Shown here piece by piece: positions 17,946 to 28,600 of a stretch of 39,750 nt of DNA. The notes under the pieces are model-generated. The model had not been told where the DNA came from, made no database searches, and saw nothing but the letters and a program-made list of their open reading frames with translations. The DNA lies in the NCBI GenBank assembly GCA_963766075.1, contig CAVYAN010000005.1:1-39750 (forward strand). The letters run 5' to 3'. A program made the position numbers and the translations under genes. The stretch is from an uncultured cyanobacterium (GTDB lineage: Bacteria; Cyanobacteriota; Cyanobacteriia; Leptolyngbyales; Leptolyngbyaceae). Positions within the stretch are counted from its first letter, which is position 1; the number at the start of each line of letters is the position of its first letter.

Positions 17946-20803
17946 ATGGCCATTCAGCCCAGCTCAAAAGTTGCTGAGGATCGGCGTAAATACAACACTT
18001 GGGTAGCCACGGAAACCCTCGAAGACTATGCGTTGCGATTTGCCCCCCAGTCTTTTCGGCGGTGGTCGGAGTGGACAGTGGCCAATACGGCGATCGGGGG
18101 ACTGTCGTTTTTGGCGTTGGAAGCCATTGGCGGCTCTATTACTATTCGTTACGGGTTTGCCAATTCCTTCTGGGCGATCGTCGTCGTGGGCCTGATCATT
18201 TTTCTGACAGGATTGCCGATCGCCTACTATGCCGCCAAGTACAACGTCGATATGGATTTGTTGACGCGGGGTGCAGGCTTTGGCTACATCGGCTCCACGA
18301 TTACATCCCTGATCTACGCCTCTTTTACCTTTATCTTCTTTGCTCTAGAATCCGCCATTATGGCGCAGGCGCTGGAATTGTATTTTCAGTTGCCGCTCCC
18401 CATCGGTTATGTCGTGTGTTCCCTGGTGATTATTCCCCTGGTGTTTTTTGGGGTGACTCTGATTAATCAATTGCAATTTTGGACCCAACCCATTTGGATT
18501 GGTCTGATGGTGCTGCCCTATCTCTGTATTTTGTACAAGCAGCCGGAAGCCGTTACCGACTGGCTCCACTTTGCCGGAGAGTCGGGGAGCGGCGCTAGAT
18601 TTGATCCCCTGTTGTTTGGGGAGGCGGCGACGATTTCCTTTTCCTTGATTGCCCAAATTGGAGAGCAGGTGGACTATCTGCGCTTTCTTCCCAATAAGCA
18701 GGCGAGCAACCGCCGCTCCTGGTGGTTAGCCCTGCTCTTGGCGGGTCCGGGCTGGATTCTTTTTGGCTGTGCTAAGCAATTGGGGGGTTCATTCTTGGCG
18801 ACCTTGGCCATCAGCCATGGGGTGAGCCTGGAAAAGGCAAAAGAGCCAACGCAAATGTATTTGGTGGGATTTGAGTATGTTTTTAGCAATCCGGCGGTGG
18901 TGCTGGCAGTCGTTACGCTGTTTGTCCTGATTTCGCAGATCAAAATTAACGTAACCAATGCCTATGCTGGGTCCTTGGCTTGGTCCAACTTCTTCTCGCG
19001 CCTGACCCACAGCCATCCAGGCCGGGTGGTATGGTTAGTCTTTAATGTGGCGATCGCCCTTCTACTTATGGAGCTCGGGGTGTTTGCTACCTTGGAGGCC
19101 GTGCTAGGACTCTATTCCAATGTGGCGATCGCGTGGGTCGGTACATTGGTGGCCGACCTAGTGATTAATAAACCCCTTGGCCTCAGCCCCCCCATATTGA
19201 GTTTAAGCGCGCCCACCTCTACCACATTAATCCGGTGGGGTTTGGCGCGATGGCGATCGCCTCCCTTGTTTCCATCCTGGCCTTCTGGGGCCTATTCGGG
19301 GAGATTCCCAAGGCCTTTGCCTCTTTTATTGCCCTCGGCTTAGCTTTGCTTCTGGCTCCAGCGATTGCCCTCCTGACCAAAGGTAAATATTATATTGCGC
19401 GGGCAGACACCTATTCGAGAACCCTATACAATGATCCCAACGAGCCTTCCACGCAGTGCAATATCTGTGAGCAAGTCTACGAACCCCCGGACATGCTCTA
19501 CTGCCCGGTCTATGCCAGTCCGATTTGTTCCCTTTGTTGCAGCTTGGATGCCTGTTGCCACGATGCCTGCAAAGTTGCCGTCGAACCTGTCGAAATTGCT
19601 GTGCCTCCCCACGATGCCCCCTCTGTGACTGCCGTTTCTACCCTATCGGGTGGGCGGGCATTTTCTTATCCAAATTTGTCCCATAAAGTTTCGCCCCAGT
19701 TCGGCAATCGCTTTCTCAGGTACCTCTGGGTGTTTATCTCCCTATCGGGAATTGCCGGAGCAGCCTTGGCCTTTGTGTATCATCAGCAGATGGTGGCGGC
19801 AGCAGCCCTGCCCTCGATCACCATCAAGCATTTGACAGCAACGCTGCTGGGAGCCTACGGCATTTTTCTAGTTCTGATTGGGATTGGGTCTTGGTGGTTG
19901 GTCCTGACCCAGGAAAGTCGGCAATTGGCCCAGGAAGAACTGGATCAGCGCAATCTGCAATTGCAGCAAGAGGTCCAGGAGCGGCTCTTAGCCGAGACGC
20001 AACTCCAGGAAAAAGCCCAACAGTTAGAGAAAACCCTCTTGGAATTGCAGCAGGCCGAGGCACAACTAATTCAAACCGAAAAAATGGCGGCCTTGGGGGG
20101 ACTCGTCGCCGGGATTGCCCACGAGATTAACACGCCGATCGGCATTGGGGTAACGGCGGCCTCTTTGTTGATGGAGAAAACCGAGGCATTTTCCGCCCTA
20201 TCTAAGACCGGGACCATGAAGCGATCGGACTTAGAAAGGTTCCTAGACATCGCGCAGCAAAGCAGTCGGATGGCCTTGACCAATCTGAATCGAGCCGCCG
20301 AGCTGATCCAAAGCTTCAAACAGGTGGCGGTCGATCAGTCCAGCGAGTCGAAGCGGGTTTTTAATGTCAAGCTGTACCTTGAGGAAATCTTGTTGCAGTT
20401 GAGTCCAAAGCTCAGGGCAACGCCCCATCATATTGTCGTTGAGTGCGATCGCAGCCTCACCTTCAACAGCTATCCTGGTGCCTTCTCGCAAATTGTCACC
20501 AATTTAGTGCTTAACTCCCTGCTGCATGCCTTTGCCCCCGATCAATCCGGCGCAATTACCTTGACAGCCCGCCGGAGCCACACCCACCTGCTCTTTGAAT
20601 ACGCCGACAATGGCTCTGGCATTGCCCCTCCGCACTTGGATAAAATTTTTGATCCCTTCTTCACCACCAAACGCGGCCAAGGCGGCAGTGGCCTCGGGCT
20701 ACACATCGTCTACAACCTTGTCACCCAAAAACTCGGCGGCACCATCCAATGCGAAAGTCAGCCCGGTCACGGCACCAAATTTATCATCACCCTTCCGTTC
20801 TAA
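17946..20803 (+). CDS. Histidine kinase with an N-terminal NCS1-like permease domain and Cys-rich domain (transceptor type); one-base frameshift at C7 run 19187-19193
   Basis: ORF 17946-19343 aligns by eye with the 13848-15491 permease up to INKPLGLSP. The other frame continues IEFKRAHLYHINPVGFG as in the paralogue, then the Cys domain, 2 TM, coiled coil, H-box GIAHEINTP, N-box NLVLNS, DNGSG, FDPFFTTK and GSGLGL. Confidence 0.9.
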
Positions 20804-20890
20804 TCCGACTCCATACCCTCCTAGAGTATTTTTAACAGCACTCCGTGCCGCTACGCTAGAGCATTTTTAGTTGTCCCCTTTCCCTGGCCC

Positions 20891-22039
20891 ATGACTCCCT
20901 TCCTGCCAGCAGATGATGACGATGAAATTCGGTTTGCTGCCGAGACGGAACCCAGCCCACCCGCAGCCAGTTGGAAGATTCTGATTGTGGATGATGAAGC
21001 GGAAGTCCACAGCATTACCCAACTGGCGCTGCGGGATGTCACTTTTGCAGGGCGATCGCTCAGCTTCATCAGCGCCTATTCGGCCCAGGAAGCCAAACAC
21101 CTGATTCAAGTCCACCCAGATACCGCCATTATTTTTCTGGATGTGGTGATGGAGAATGAAAGTGCGGGGCTGTATTTGGTTAAATACATTCGCGAGGAAT
21201 TAAATAATCCACTGGTCCGGATTATTTTGCGAACAGGACAGCCCGGTCAAGCCCCGGAAGAGGTGGTGGCGGTCAATTATGGCATTGACGACTACAAAAC
21301 TAAAACGGAACTGACCGCCCAGAAATTGGCGATCGCGGTGATCACAGCCCTGCGGGGTTTTTCGACCCTAATGCATTTGCTAGACGACAGTCGTCATCTA
21401 GAGTCGGAGCTGATCCAGCATAAACAGCGGGAAATTGAGCTGCGGATCAGTGAAATGAGTGCGATCGACAAAGTGCAGCAATTGGAGCAATCCTTGCAAT
21501 CCCTGCGGCAAACCCAACTGCAATGGCGCGACCGCCCCACGGGCCTTCGCCCCAGTCCCCTCAGCCAAAAAGTCACCGAAACCACTCAGGAACTGATTAA
21601 TCTCCCTGCCGCCACTGACAGCTTTCAAACGGTTTCCATCGTCACGCGGTTGGCCCGCATGGTCCTGCGGATCACCGATGAACATGCAGCACGGCTCGGA
21701 CTCTCGCAAACCAAACTGGCCGTGTTGATTTGCCTCAGCGGTGAAGCGGAACTCTGTGCCAGTCCTTCGGATTTGGCCAAGCATTGCGGGGTGTCCCGCG
21801 CCGCCATGACCGGACTTCTGGATGGCCTAGAGCAAGATGGGTATGTCGAACGCGACAGTCACCCCTCCGATCGCCGCGCTTTAATGATCAAACTCACTCC
21901 TAAAGGCCAGCAGTTTCTTGAATGGCTTACCCCCCAGGATCAGTATCAACTGTCGGAAGTGATGGATGCCCTCAGCGACGCCGAGCGTCAGAAGTTGATG
22001 GAATTAGCCCTCAAGTTGACTCAAATGTTCGCGGCATAG
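20891..22039 (+). CDS. Response regulator: REC domain, coiled coil, MarR-type wHTH
   Basis: KILIVDDE, IFLDVVME (phospho-Asp), ILRTGQPG and DDYKTK. The C-terminus has GLSQTKLAVL..SPSDLAKHCGVSRAAMTGLLDGLEQDGYVER..SDRR..LTPKG. Confidence 0.9.
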   Translation: MTPFLPADDDDEIRFAAETEPSPPAASWKILIVDDEAEVHSITQLALRDVTFAGRSLSFISAYSAQEAKHLIQVHPDTAIIFLDVVMENESAGLYLVKYIREELNNPLVRIILRTGQPGQAPEEVVAVNYGIDDYKTKTELTAQKLAIAVITALRGFSTLMHLLDDSRHLESELIQHKQREIELRISEMSAIDKVQQLEQSLQSLRQTQLQWRDRPTGLRPSPLSQKVTETTQELINLPAATDSFQTVSIVTRLARMVLRITDEHAARLGLSQTKLAVLICLSGEAELCASPSDLAKHCGVSRAAMTGLLDGLEQDGYVERDSHPSDRRALMIKLTPKGQQFLEWLTPQDQYQLSEVMDALSDAERQKLMELALKLTQMFAA

Positions 22040-22059
22040 AGCCGGATGTGGCGTAAGGC

Positions 22060-22153
22060 GGAATTAAAAGTTAAAAATGTAAAATTAAAAACGGTGAGCC
22101 CGTAGGCGGGCCGGACCGGCTTGTTTAATTTTTAATTTTGCATTTTTAATTCC
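22060..22153. repeat. Inverted heptamer (STRR-like) array flanking a GC-rich core; MITE-like hairpin
   Basis: GGAATTAAAA-GTTAAAA-ATGTAAA-ATTAAAA ... TTTTAAT-TTTGCAT-TTTTAATTCC with CCCGTAGGCGGG in the centre. Confidence 0.7.
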
Positions 22154-22240
22154 ACCCAAGTTTATGGTGAAATGAAGTCTGGAGCGATCGCCTCCACGCA
22201 CATCTATTTCACGCATTTTTAACTCACACATTTTTAATCT

Positions 22241-23468
22241 ATGAACGCTTCCATGAACGCTGTCCTTCCGTTCGCTGCGGTTTTTGCCCTCACCAGTTTT
22301 ACCCTAGCGGGGTGTGGTCCGTCGGGTTCCCAGCCTGGTACGGATGCATCGTCATCGGGAACAGGCAATGCTGGGGCGATCGCGATCGGTATTGGTGTCG
22401 CCCAAACCAGCAACGTAGCCCTGCTGGGACAGGAGCAGGTGGCCGGGGCCAAAATTGCCGAGAAATATTTTAACGACAAGGGTGGCATTAACGGCGTTCC
22501 GATTAAGCTGGTGTTTCAGGATACGTCGGGGGATGAGCAAGGCGCAGTGAATGCCTTTCAAACCTTGATCACCAAGGATAAAGTCGTGGGCATTGTGGGA
22601 CCAACTCTCTCTCAGCAGGCTTTTGCCGCCGATCCCATTGCCGATCGCGCCAAAGTGCCTGTCCTTGCCCCCTCCAATACAGCCAAAGGTATTCCCCAGA
22701 TTGGGGACTTTATCGCCCGCATATCCGCCCCGGTCGTGGTTGTTGCTCCCAACTCCGTTAAAGCCGCCCTCAAAATCAATCCCCAAATCAAAAAGGTTGC
22801 GGTTTTCTTTGCCCAAAATGATGCGTTCAGCAAATCAGAAACCGAGATTTTCCAAAAGACCGTCCAGGATCAAAACCTCGATCTCGTGACGGTGCAAAAG
22901 TTTCAAACCACCGATACGGACTTTCAAACCCAGGCCACCGCAGCAATTAACTTGAAACCGGACCTAGTGATCATTTCCGGACTGGCGGCGGATGGGGGCA
23001 ATTTGGTGCGGCAACTGCGCGAGTTGGGCTACAAAGGCGTGATCATTGGCGGCAATGGCCTGAATACCTCCAATGTTTTTTCCGTCTGCAAAGCCTTGTG
23101 CGATGGGGTGCTGATTGCCCAGGCGTATAATCCCCAGCAGGCAGGGGCGGTGAATCAAGCCTTTCGCGAAGCCTACAAAGCCCAGTTCAAGAAAGAACCG
23201 CCCCAGTTTAGTGCCCAAGCCTTTACGGGGGTGCAGGTATTTGTGGAGGCGCTACAAGCCGTCGAATCGCCAAACCAAAGTGGGGCAAAAACCCCTGGCC
23301 GATTTGCGCGTTGCCCTGAATCAGCAACTCTTAACGGGCAAGTACAGCACACCCCTCGGTGATATTTCCTTTACCCCAGAAGGCGAGATTGTGCAGAAAG
23401 AGTTCTATGTGGCCCGGATCAAAATGGATGCGGATGGCAATAATGGTCGATTCGAGTTTTTGAACTGA
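22241..23468 (+). CDS. Liv/Nat-type (branched-chain amino acid/amide family) ABC substrate-binding lipoprotein, copy 1; extra A at 23265-23266
   Basis: Lipobox LAGC, GGINGVPIKL, GIVGPTLS, DGGNLVRQLRELGY. The paralogue has GTC GAT CGC where this copy has GTC GAA TCG C, and the C-terminus continues in ORF 23211-23468. Confidence 0.9.
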
Positions 23469-23494
23469 AGAAATCGGACGACCGAGACTGCTCC

Positions 23495-23633
23495 CTTCGA
23501 CTCCGCTCAGGCATCCACCTTTCGCTGGCTGAGCGTCAGGGATCCATCTTTCGCTGGCTGAGCATCAGGAATCCATCTTTCGCTGGCTGAGCGGAGTCGA
23601 AGCCAGCTTGCGTCCTGAGCGAAGTCGCAGGAC
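23495..23633. repeat. REP-like element with three tandem 29-bp internal units
   Basis: Perfect 16-bp IR CTTCGACTCCGCTCAG (23495) / CTGAGCGGAGTCGAAG (23587). Units TCAGGnATCCAyCTTTCGCTGGCTGAGC start at 23507, 23536 and 23565. An extra hairpin copy lies at 23612-23633. Confidence 0.85.
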
Positions 23634-23781
23634 AAAACATCTAGGGGCGTTCTGGAGTTGCTAATTATGATCGTCGCTAAATTCGAACTGCGGTTGTGAT
23701 TTATTACATCTTTTATAAAAATTAGATGCCAAATACTTTACAAGTACAAATATTTTTAGATGTTATTTGATTATAAAGTTG

Positions 23782-24996
23782 ATGACTAAATTATTCTCCA
23801 TTTCTCGGACGCTTCGGTCAATGCTGGGATGCTTGACCGGAGTGTGGTTATTATCTAGTTGCCAAGCGTCTTCCAATAGTCCCGCCCAAACAACTGTTTC
23901 CCAACCCATTCCCATTGGCATTGCCCTGGCCCAAACCAGTAATCTGGCGCTACTGGGGCAAGAGTCTGTCAATGGCGCTAAGATCGCGGAAGACTATTTC
24001 AATGCACGCGGGGGCGTGAATGGTACGCCCATCCAATTGATTTATCAGGATGCAGGCGGTGATGAAACTGCGGCAATTAATGCCTTCCAAGCCCTGATCA
24101 ATCAAGCCAAGGTCGTAGGCATTGTAGGGCCATCGTCCTCACAGCAAGCCTTTAGTGCTGACCCGATCGCCGATCGCGCCCAAGTGCCGGTGGTCGGCCC
24201 CACCAACACCGCCAAGGGCATTCCCGAAATTGGGCCATTCATTGCCCGCGTTGCGGCTCCGGTGACGGTGCTGGCTCCCAATTCCCTGAAGGCAGCACTG
24301 AAATTGAATCCGAGGATTCGGCGGGTAGCGGTGATGTATGCCCAGGACGATGCCTTTAGCAAGTCGGAAACGGCCATTTTTCAGCAAGCGATTCAGGCAC
24401 AAAAGCTGGAGACGATCACGATCCAGAAGTTTCAAACCACCGATACCGATTTTCAGGTGCAATCCACTACGGTGATTAACTTGAAGCCGGATCTGATTGT
24501 GATTTCTGGTCTGACGGCGGATGGCGGCAACCTAGTGCGGCAATTGCGGGAATTGGGCTATGCCGGGGTAATTGTTGGCGGCAATGGGTTCAATACGCCG
24601 AATCTGTTTCCACTGTGCAAACGGTTGTGCGATGGCATTCTGGTGGCTCAGGCTTACAGTCCTGCCCATGGGAATGCGGTGAATCAAGCTTTTCGGGCGG
24701 CCTATAAGCAGCAGTACAAAAAGGAGCCGCCCCAGTTCAGCGCCCAAGCCTTTACGGCGGTGCAGGTGATGGTGGAGGCGCTGCAAGCGGTCGATCGCCA
24801 AAGCAAAGTGACGGGGCGATCGCTGGCCGCTGCCCGAATCAGTTTGAATCAGAAGATTCTGGCAGGGCAGTATGATACGCCATTGGGCCAGTTGACTTTT
24901 ACTCCTGAGGGGGAAGTGATCCAACAGCAATTTTATGTGGCCCAGATTCGGATGAATGCCGAGGGCACCCAGGGAGAGTTTGTTTTTCTGCCCTGA
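23782..24996 (+). CDS. Liv/Nat-type ABC substrate-binding lipoprotein, copy 2
   Basis: Lipobox LSSC; closely paralogous to copy 1 along the whole mature protein. Confidence 0.92.
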   Translation: MTKLFSISRTLRSMLGCLTGVWLLSSCQASSNSPAQTTVSQPIPIGIALAQTSNLALLGQESVNGAKIAEDYFNARGGVNGTPIQLIYQDAGGDETAAINAFQALINQAKVVGIVGPSSSQQAFSADPIADRAQVPVVGPTNTAKGIPEIGPFIARVAAPVTVLAPNSLKAALKLNPRIRRVAVMYAQDDAFSKSETAIFQQAIQAQKLETITIQKFQTTDTDFQVQSTTVINLKPDLIVISGLTADGGNLVRQLRELGYAGVIVGGNGFNTPNLFPLCKRLCDGILVAQAYSPAHGNAVNQAFRAAYKQQYKKEPPQFSAQAFTAVQVMVEALQAVDRQSKVTGRSLAAARISLNQKILAGQYDTPLGQLTFTPEGEVIQQQFYVAQIRMNAEGTQGEFVFLP

Positions 24997-25086
24997 GTTG
25001 ACCCGCGGTGTTGAGTTATATACCCGGTCTATCGGGCAGCGAAGGCATAGCGTTGGGATGGACGTAAACAGTGAGCCACCACCAGT

Positions 25087-25566
25087 CTAGGATTCCAGCG
25101 CCGCATTCAGTGCCTCTACTTCATTAATGGCTAGTTCCAGTTCCAGTTGGTCTTGGGCCAGTTGCTGCTCTTGCTGATAGTGACGTAATGCTTCTGCGAT
25201 CGTGAGTTGCAGATCAATATCGCTCCAGGGTTTGGCCAGAAACCGGTAGAGGTTTCCCCGATTGACCACATTACCCACATCTTCGGCTCGTGCCTGTCCC
25301 GTTAGCATCACTTTTAAAATATGGGGATAACGGGCATGGAGTTCAATCAAAACCTGATCCCCCTTCATCCCTGGCATAATTTGGTCAGCAATGACCAGCG
25401 GAATTTCTACCCCCTCAGCGACGAGTTCCTCGACTAGGGCCAATGCCTCGCCTCCACTTTCGGCGATTTCAATCGCATACCCCGGAAAATATCGCATTAA
25501 TTGAGTTCTCAGGGTGAAGAGAACATTTTGTTCATCATCAATACAGACAATGGTGGGATAACTCAT
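25087..25566 (-). CDS. Response regulator receiver protein with a short coiled-coil tail
   Basis: IVCIDDE, LVIADQIMPGMKG, MLTGQA, FLAKPW. Confidence 0.9.
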   Translation of the reverse strand: MSYPTIVCIDDEQNVLFTLRTQLMRYFPGYAIEIAESGGEALALVEELVAEGVEIPLVIADQIMPGMKGDQVLIELHARYPHILKVMLTGQARAEDVGNVVNRGNLYRFLAKPWSDIDLQLTIAEALRHYQQEQQLAQDQLELELAINEVEALNAALES

Positions 25567-25684
25567 AACGGGTTTCTAGATAGGACGTTGCTTATTAATC
25601 AAGAAGGGTGAGATGACTCGGCTCCGAATCACTCTTCTCCAAGTGCTGGATTGCTCATTATTGACAGAGTGTCCAATCGGAAAG

Positions 25685-28600
25685 CTATGAAGAATCGTGT
25701 GGTTGCGCATTTGGCAACGGCAACCACACGGTGAAAGTCGTTTGCCCCGATTGGCTGTGTACTTGAATATCACCCGCGTGCTTTTGGACAATCTGGCGAA
25801 CAATATCCATGCCAAGGCCACTTCCCTCACCCCGAAGCTTGGTGGTAAAAAACGGTTCAAAAATTCGTGATTGGATGGCTTCGGGAATGCCACCGCCAGA
25901 ATCGGTCACCGACACTGCTACTTGGTTGGCTTGCTGAATCACTTGAAGCTCTAACTGACCCTGCTCAGGCATAGCATGAAGGGCATTATCGATGAGATTT
26001 ACCCACACCTGGGTCAACTCATCTGGGTTGCACAGAATGGGGGACACTGCATCATAGTAACGCACGACTTTAATGCCTTGATTGAGACGATTTTGGTATA
26101 GCGTCAGCGCCACTTCCAGACTATCGGTGATTTGAACGAGACTTTGCTCGCTGGCATCGCTGCGATGGCTATAGGTTTTAAGGGCAAAGACGATCTTAGC
26201 GGCCCGATTGACTTCCTGTTGAATGTTAAGGGCACTTTGAGATTGTAATACAAGGTTGCATGCAACTTGCAAAATCTCATGACAGTTGGGAGCTTGCAGA
26301 ATGGACTGATAGGATGTCAGGGCGGATCCGCCTAACTGCAACAGGGTCAGTTGAGTGGCAATAGTGTGGACGTTGCTAATGCCTTGAGTTTCCAGGGCCG
26401 TTTGAAACTGCCGCCGCTGTTGCCGTTCTTCTCGGGTCGAGAGGGCTGGTTGGGGGTGCAGCGCTGTACTCACCAAGGCCAAAAAATCTGCGTGCTGTTG
26501 AGGAGAGAGCTTTTGCAAAAGCATCGGCAACTGGTGGAGAGTGGCATGAAAGCCCGCCATCATATTACTGGTTGCACCCCGAATCACGCCTAGAGGAGTA
26601 TTGATTTCGTGGGCGATGCTGGCGGTGAGTTGTCCTAAAGCCGCCATCTTTTCAAATTGGATCAGTTCTGCCTGGGTGGCTTGCAGGTCGGTTAAGGCTT
26701 GCGATAGTTCTTCAGTGCGTTCCGCGACGCGTGCTTCCAGGGTTTGGGAATATTCTTCGAGTTGGTAATTCGCTTGCGCTAGCTGTTGAGTCTGATGTTG
26801 AAGTTGCGCTTCAGTGGCTTTGCGATCGCTAATATCGCGAATAATAGTAGACACATACTCCAGCGTGCCATCGGCAGACTTGTGTGCCATCACCCGTTGA
26901 GAGACTGGTAACTCCTGCCCATTGGGAGCCAAGAGTCCCGTTTCTCCAAACCATTGCCCCTGTTGCATAACCTGTGGTAATCCCTTTTGGTGGAAAAGTT
27001 CATTCGCCCAGTCAGGATGAAATTCTCGGATGGAATGGTTTGTCAGTTGTGTATTGGGCGCAAAGTTGCAAAAGCGATAGAATGCCTGGTTCATCCAGAT
27101 GATTTTGCCGTCAAGGCTAGCGATGCCGATGAAGTCAGAGGAGGATTCTAGGATGGTGAGTAGGCGATCCTGTTTCTGTTCTAAAAGTTTGCGATCGCTA
27201 ATATCGAGCAAAACACCATTCCAGGTTACCAACCCGTCAGCCTGTCGTTTGGGCTGGGAGGCAACCTGCACCCATTTCACCTTTCCGGTCGGTGTAACAA
27301 TGCGAAATTCTTCTCGAATCGGGGTGAGCTGCTGCGCTGACTGGCGGAGCACTTGGACAATCTGAGGACGATCATCCGGATGTTCAAAATCCCGCAGGCT
27401 ATATTGCCCTGAAATCATCGCCTCGGCAGGCACTTCATAGATCTCATAGCACCCAGAACTAATATAAGAGGTGAAAGAAGAGCCATCTTCAGGATTCATG
27501 CAAATTTGGAAAATCACACCCAGCAGATTATCCGATATGGTTTGGAAGCGGGCTTCGCTAGAACGCAGATGGGCGAGTGCTTGTTGAGATTGTTGATAGA
27601 GTTGAGCATTCTCTAGGGAAATGGCAGCTTGGGCACAGAGGATATTGAGGATGGCAAGGCGATCGCGCGTAAACGCCCCCACGGTTAAACTATTTTCTAG
27701 ATATAAAACCCCCAGTAATTGTCCTTGCTTGAGAATGGGATTGCATAGAATGCTCTTGGGTTGATGTTGAGCAAGATAGGGATCACCGGCAAATTGTGGA
27801 TTGTCGCACGCATCATTCACCACGATCGGTTCTAAACTATGTTTGGCTTGATTGACTAAACTAATTGCTACCGCGTCACTTAATTCTAAAGGGATAGGAG
27901 ATGAGAAGATGTGTGTGGGTTTTCCTGCTGCTACTGAGGCGACAATTTGTAATGTTTGGTCGGATTGTAAAAGTAAGACGCATTTATCAGCACCCGCATT
28001 GATAACGGTAATGTTTAAAAGCGTTTCCAGAAGTTTTTCCAGCTCTATTTCCCCTGAAATTGCTTGAGAAGCTTTGAGGAAGGTTGCTAGGTCGAGGGCT
28101 TCAGCATCACTGCTAACCGCTGTAATCGTATCTTGCTCAGGCCAACTAGAGGCATAAGTTCTCTGTAAAATCGTGACCAGGAGGTGGGGATAACGCTGCT
28201 TTAAGTCGGCGACTTTAGCGATCGCGCCCCAACGCACATACCCATAATACGCCTCAGTCATATAGACTTGGGCGATTTTTTCTTTGCCCCAGTCCACATA
28301 AAATCTAGCCGCAAGTTCGTTGGCTAGGGCTTCTTCTTGGATATATCCATGCTCTTTTGCTGTAGCGATCGCCCCATTGTAGAGAGCCATTGCCTGACTC
28401 GATTTCCCCAGCACTCGCAAGCGCTCAGCTTCTAATAGAAAAACTTTATTTTGATAATTCATGGGTGCCGATTTTGCCAACTTCGTCAGATGTTTGATCG
28501 TCGCCATGACTTTTCTGAGATTGGCTTTTTGGGGCTTTTGAGATAGGGCAGAGCACTGTGCGAGCCAGACCAAAGCGGCGTAAAAATAAAACAGCGTCTT

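Noticed and set aside
23507..23593. Three 29-bp repeats as a mini CRISPR array
   Set aside because: The units abut with no unique spacers, no cas genes are in the window, and they are nested within a REP-like inverted repeat.
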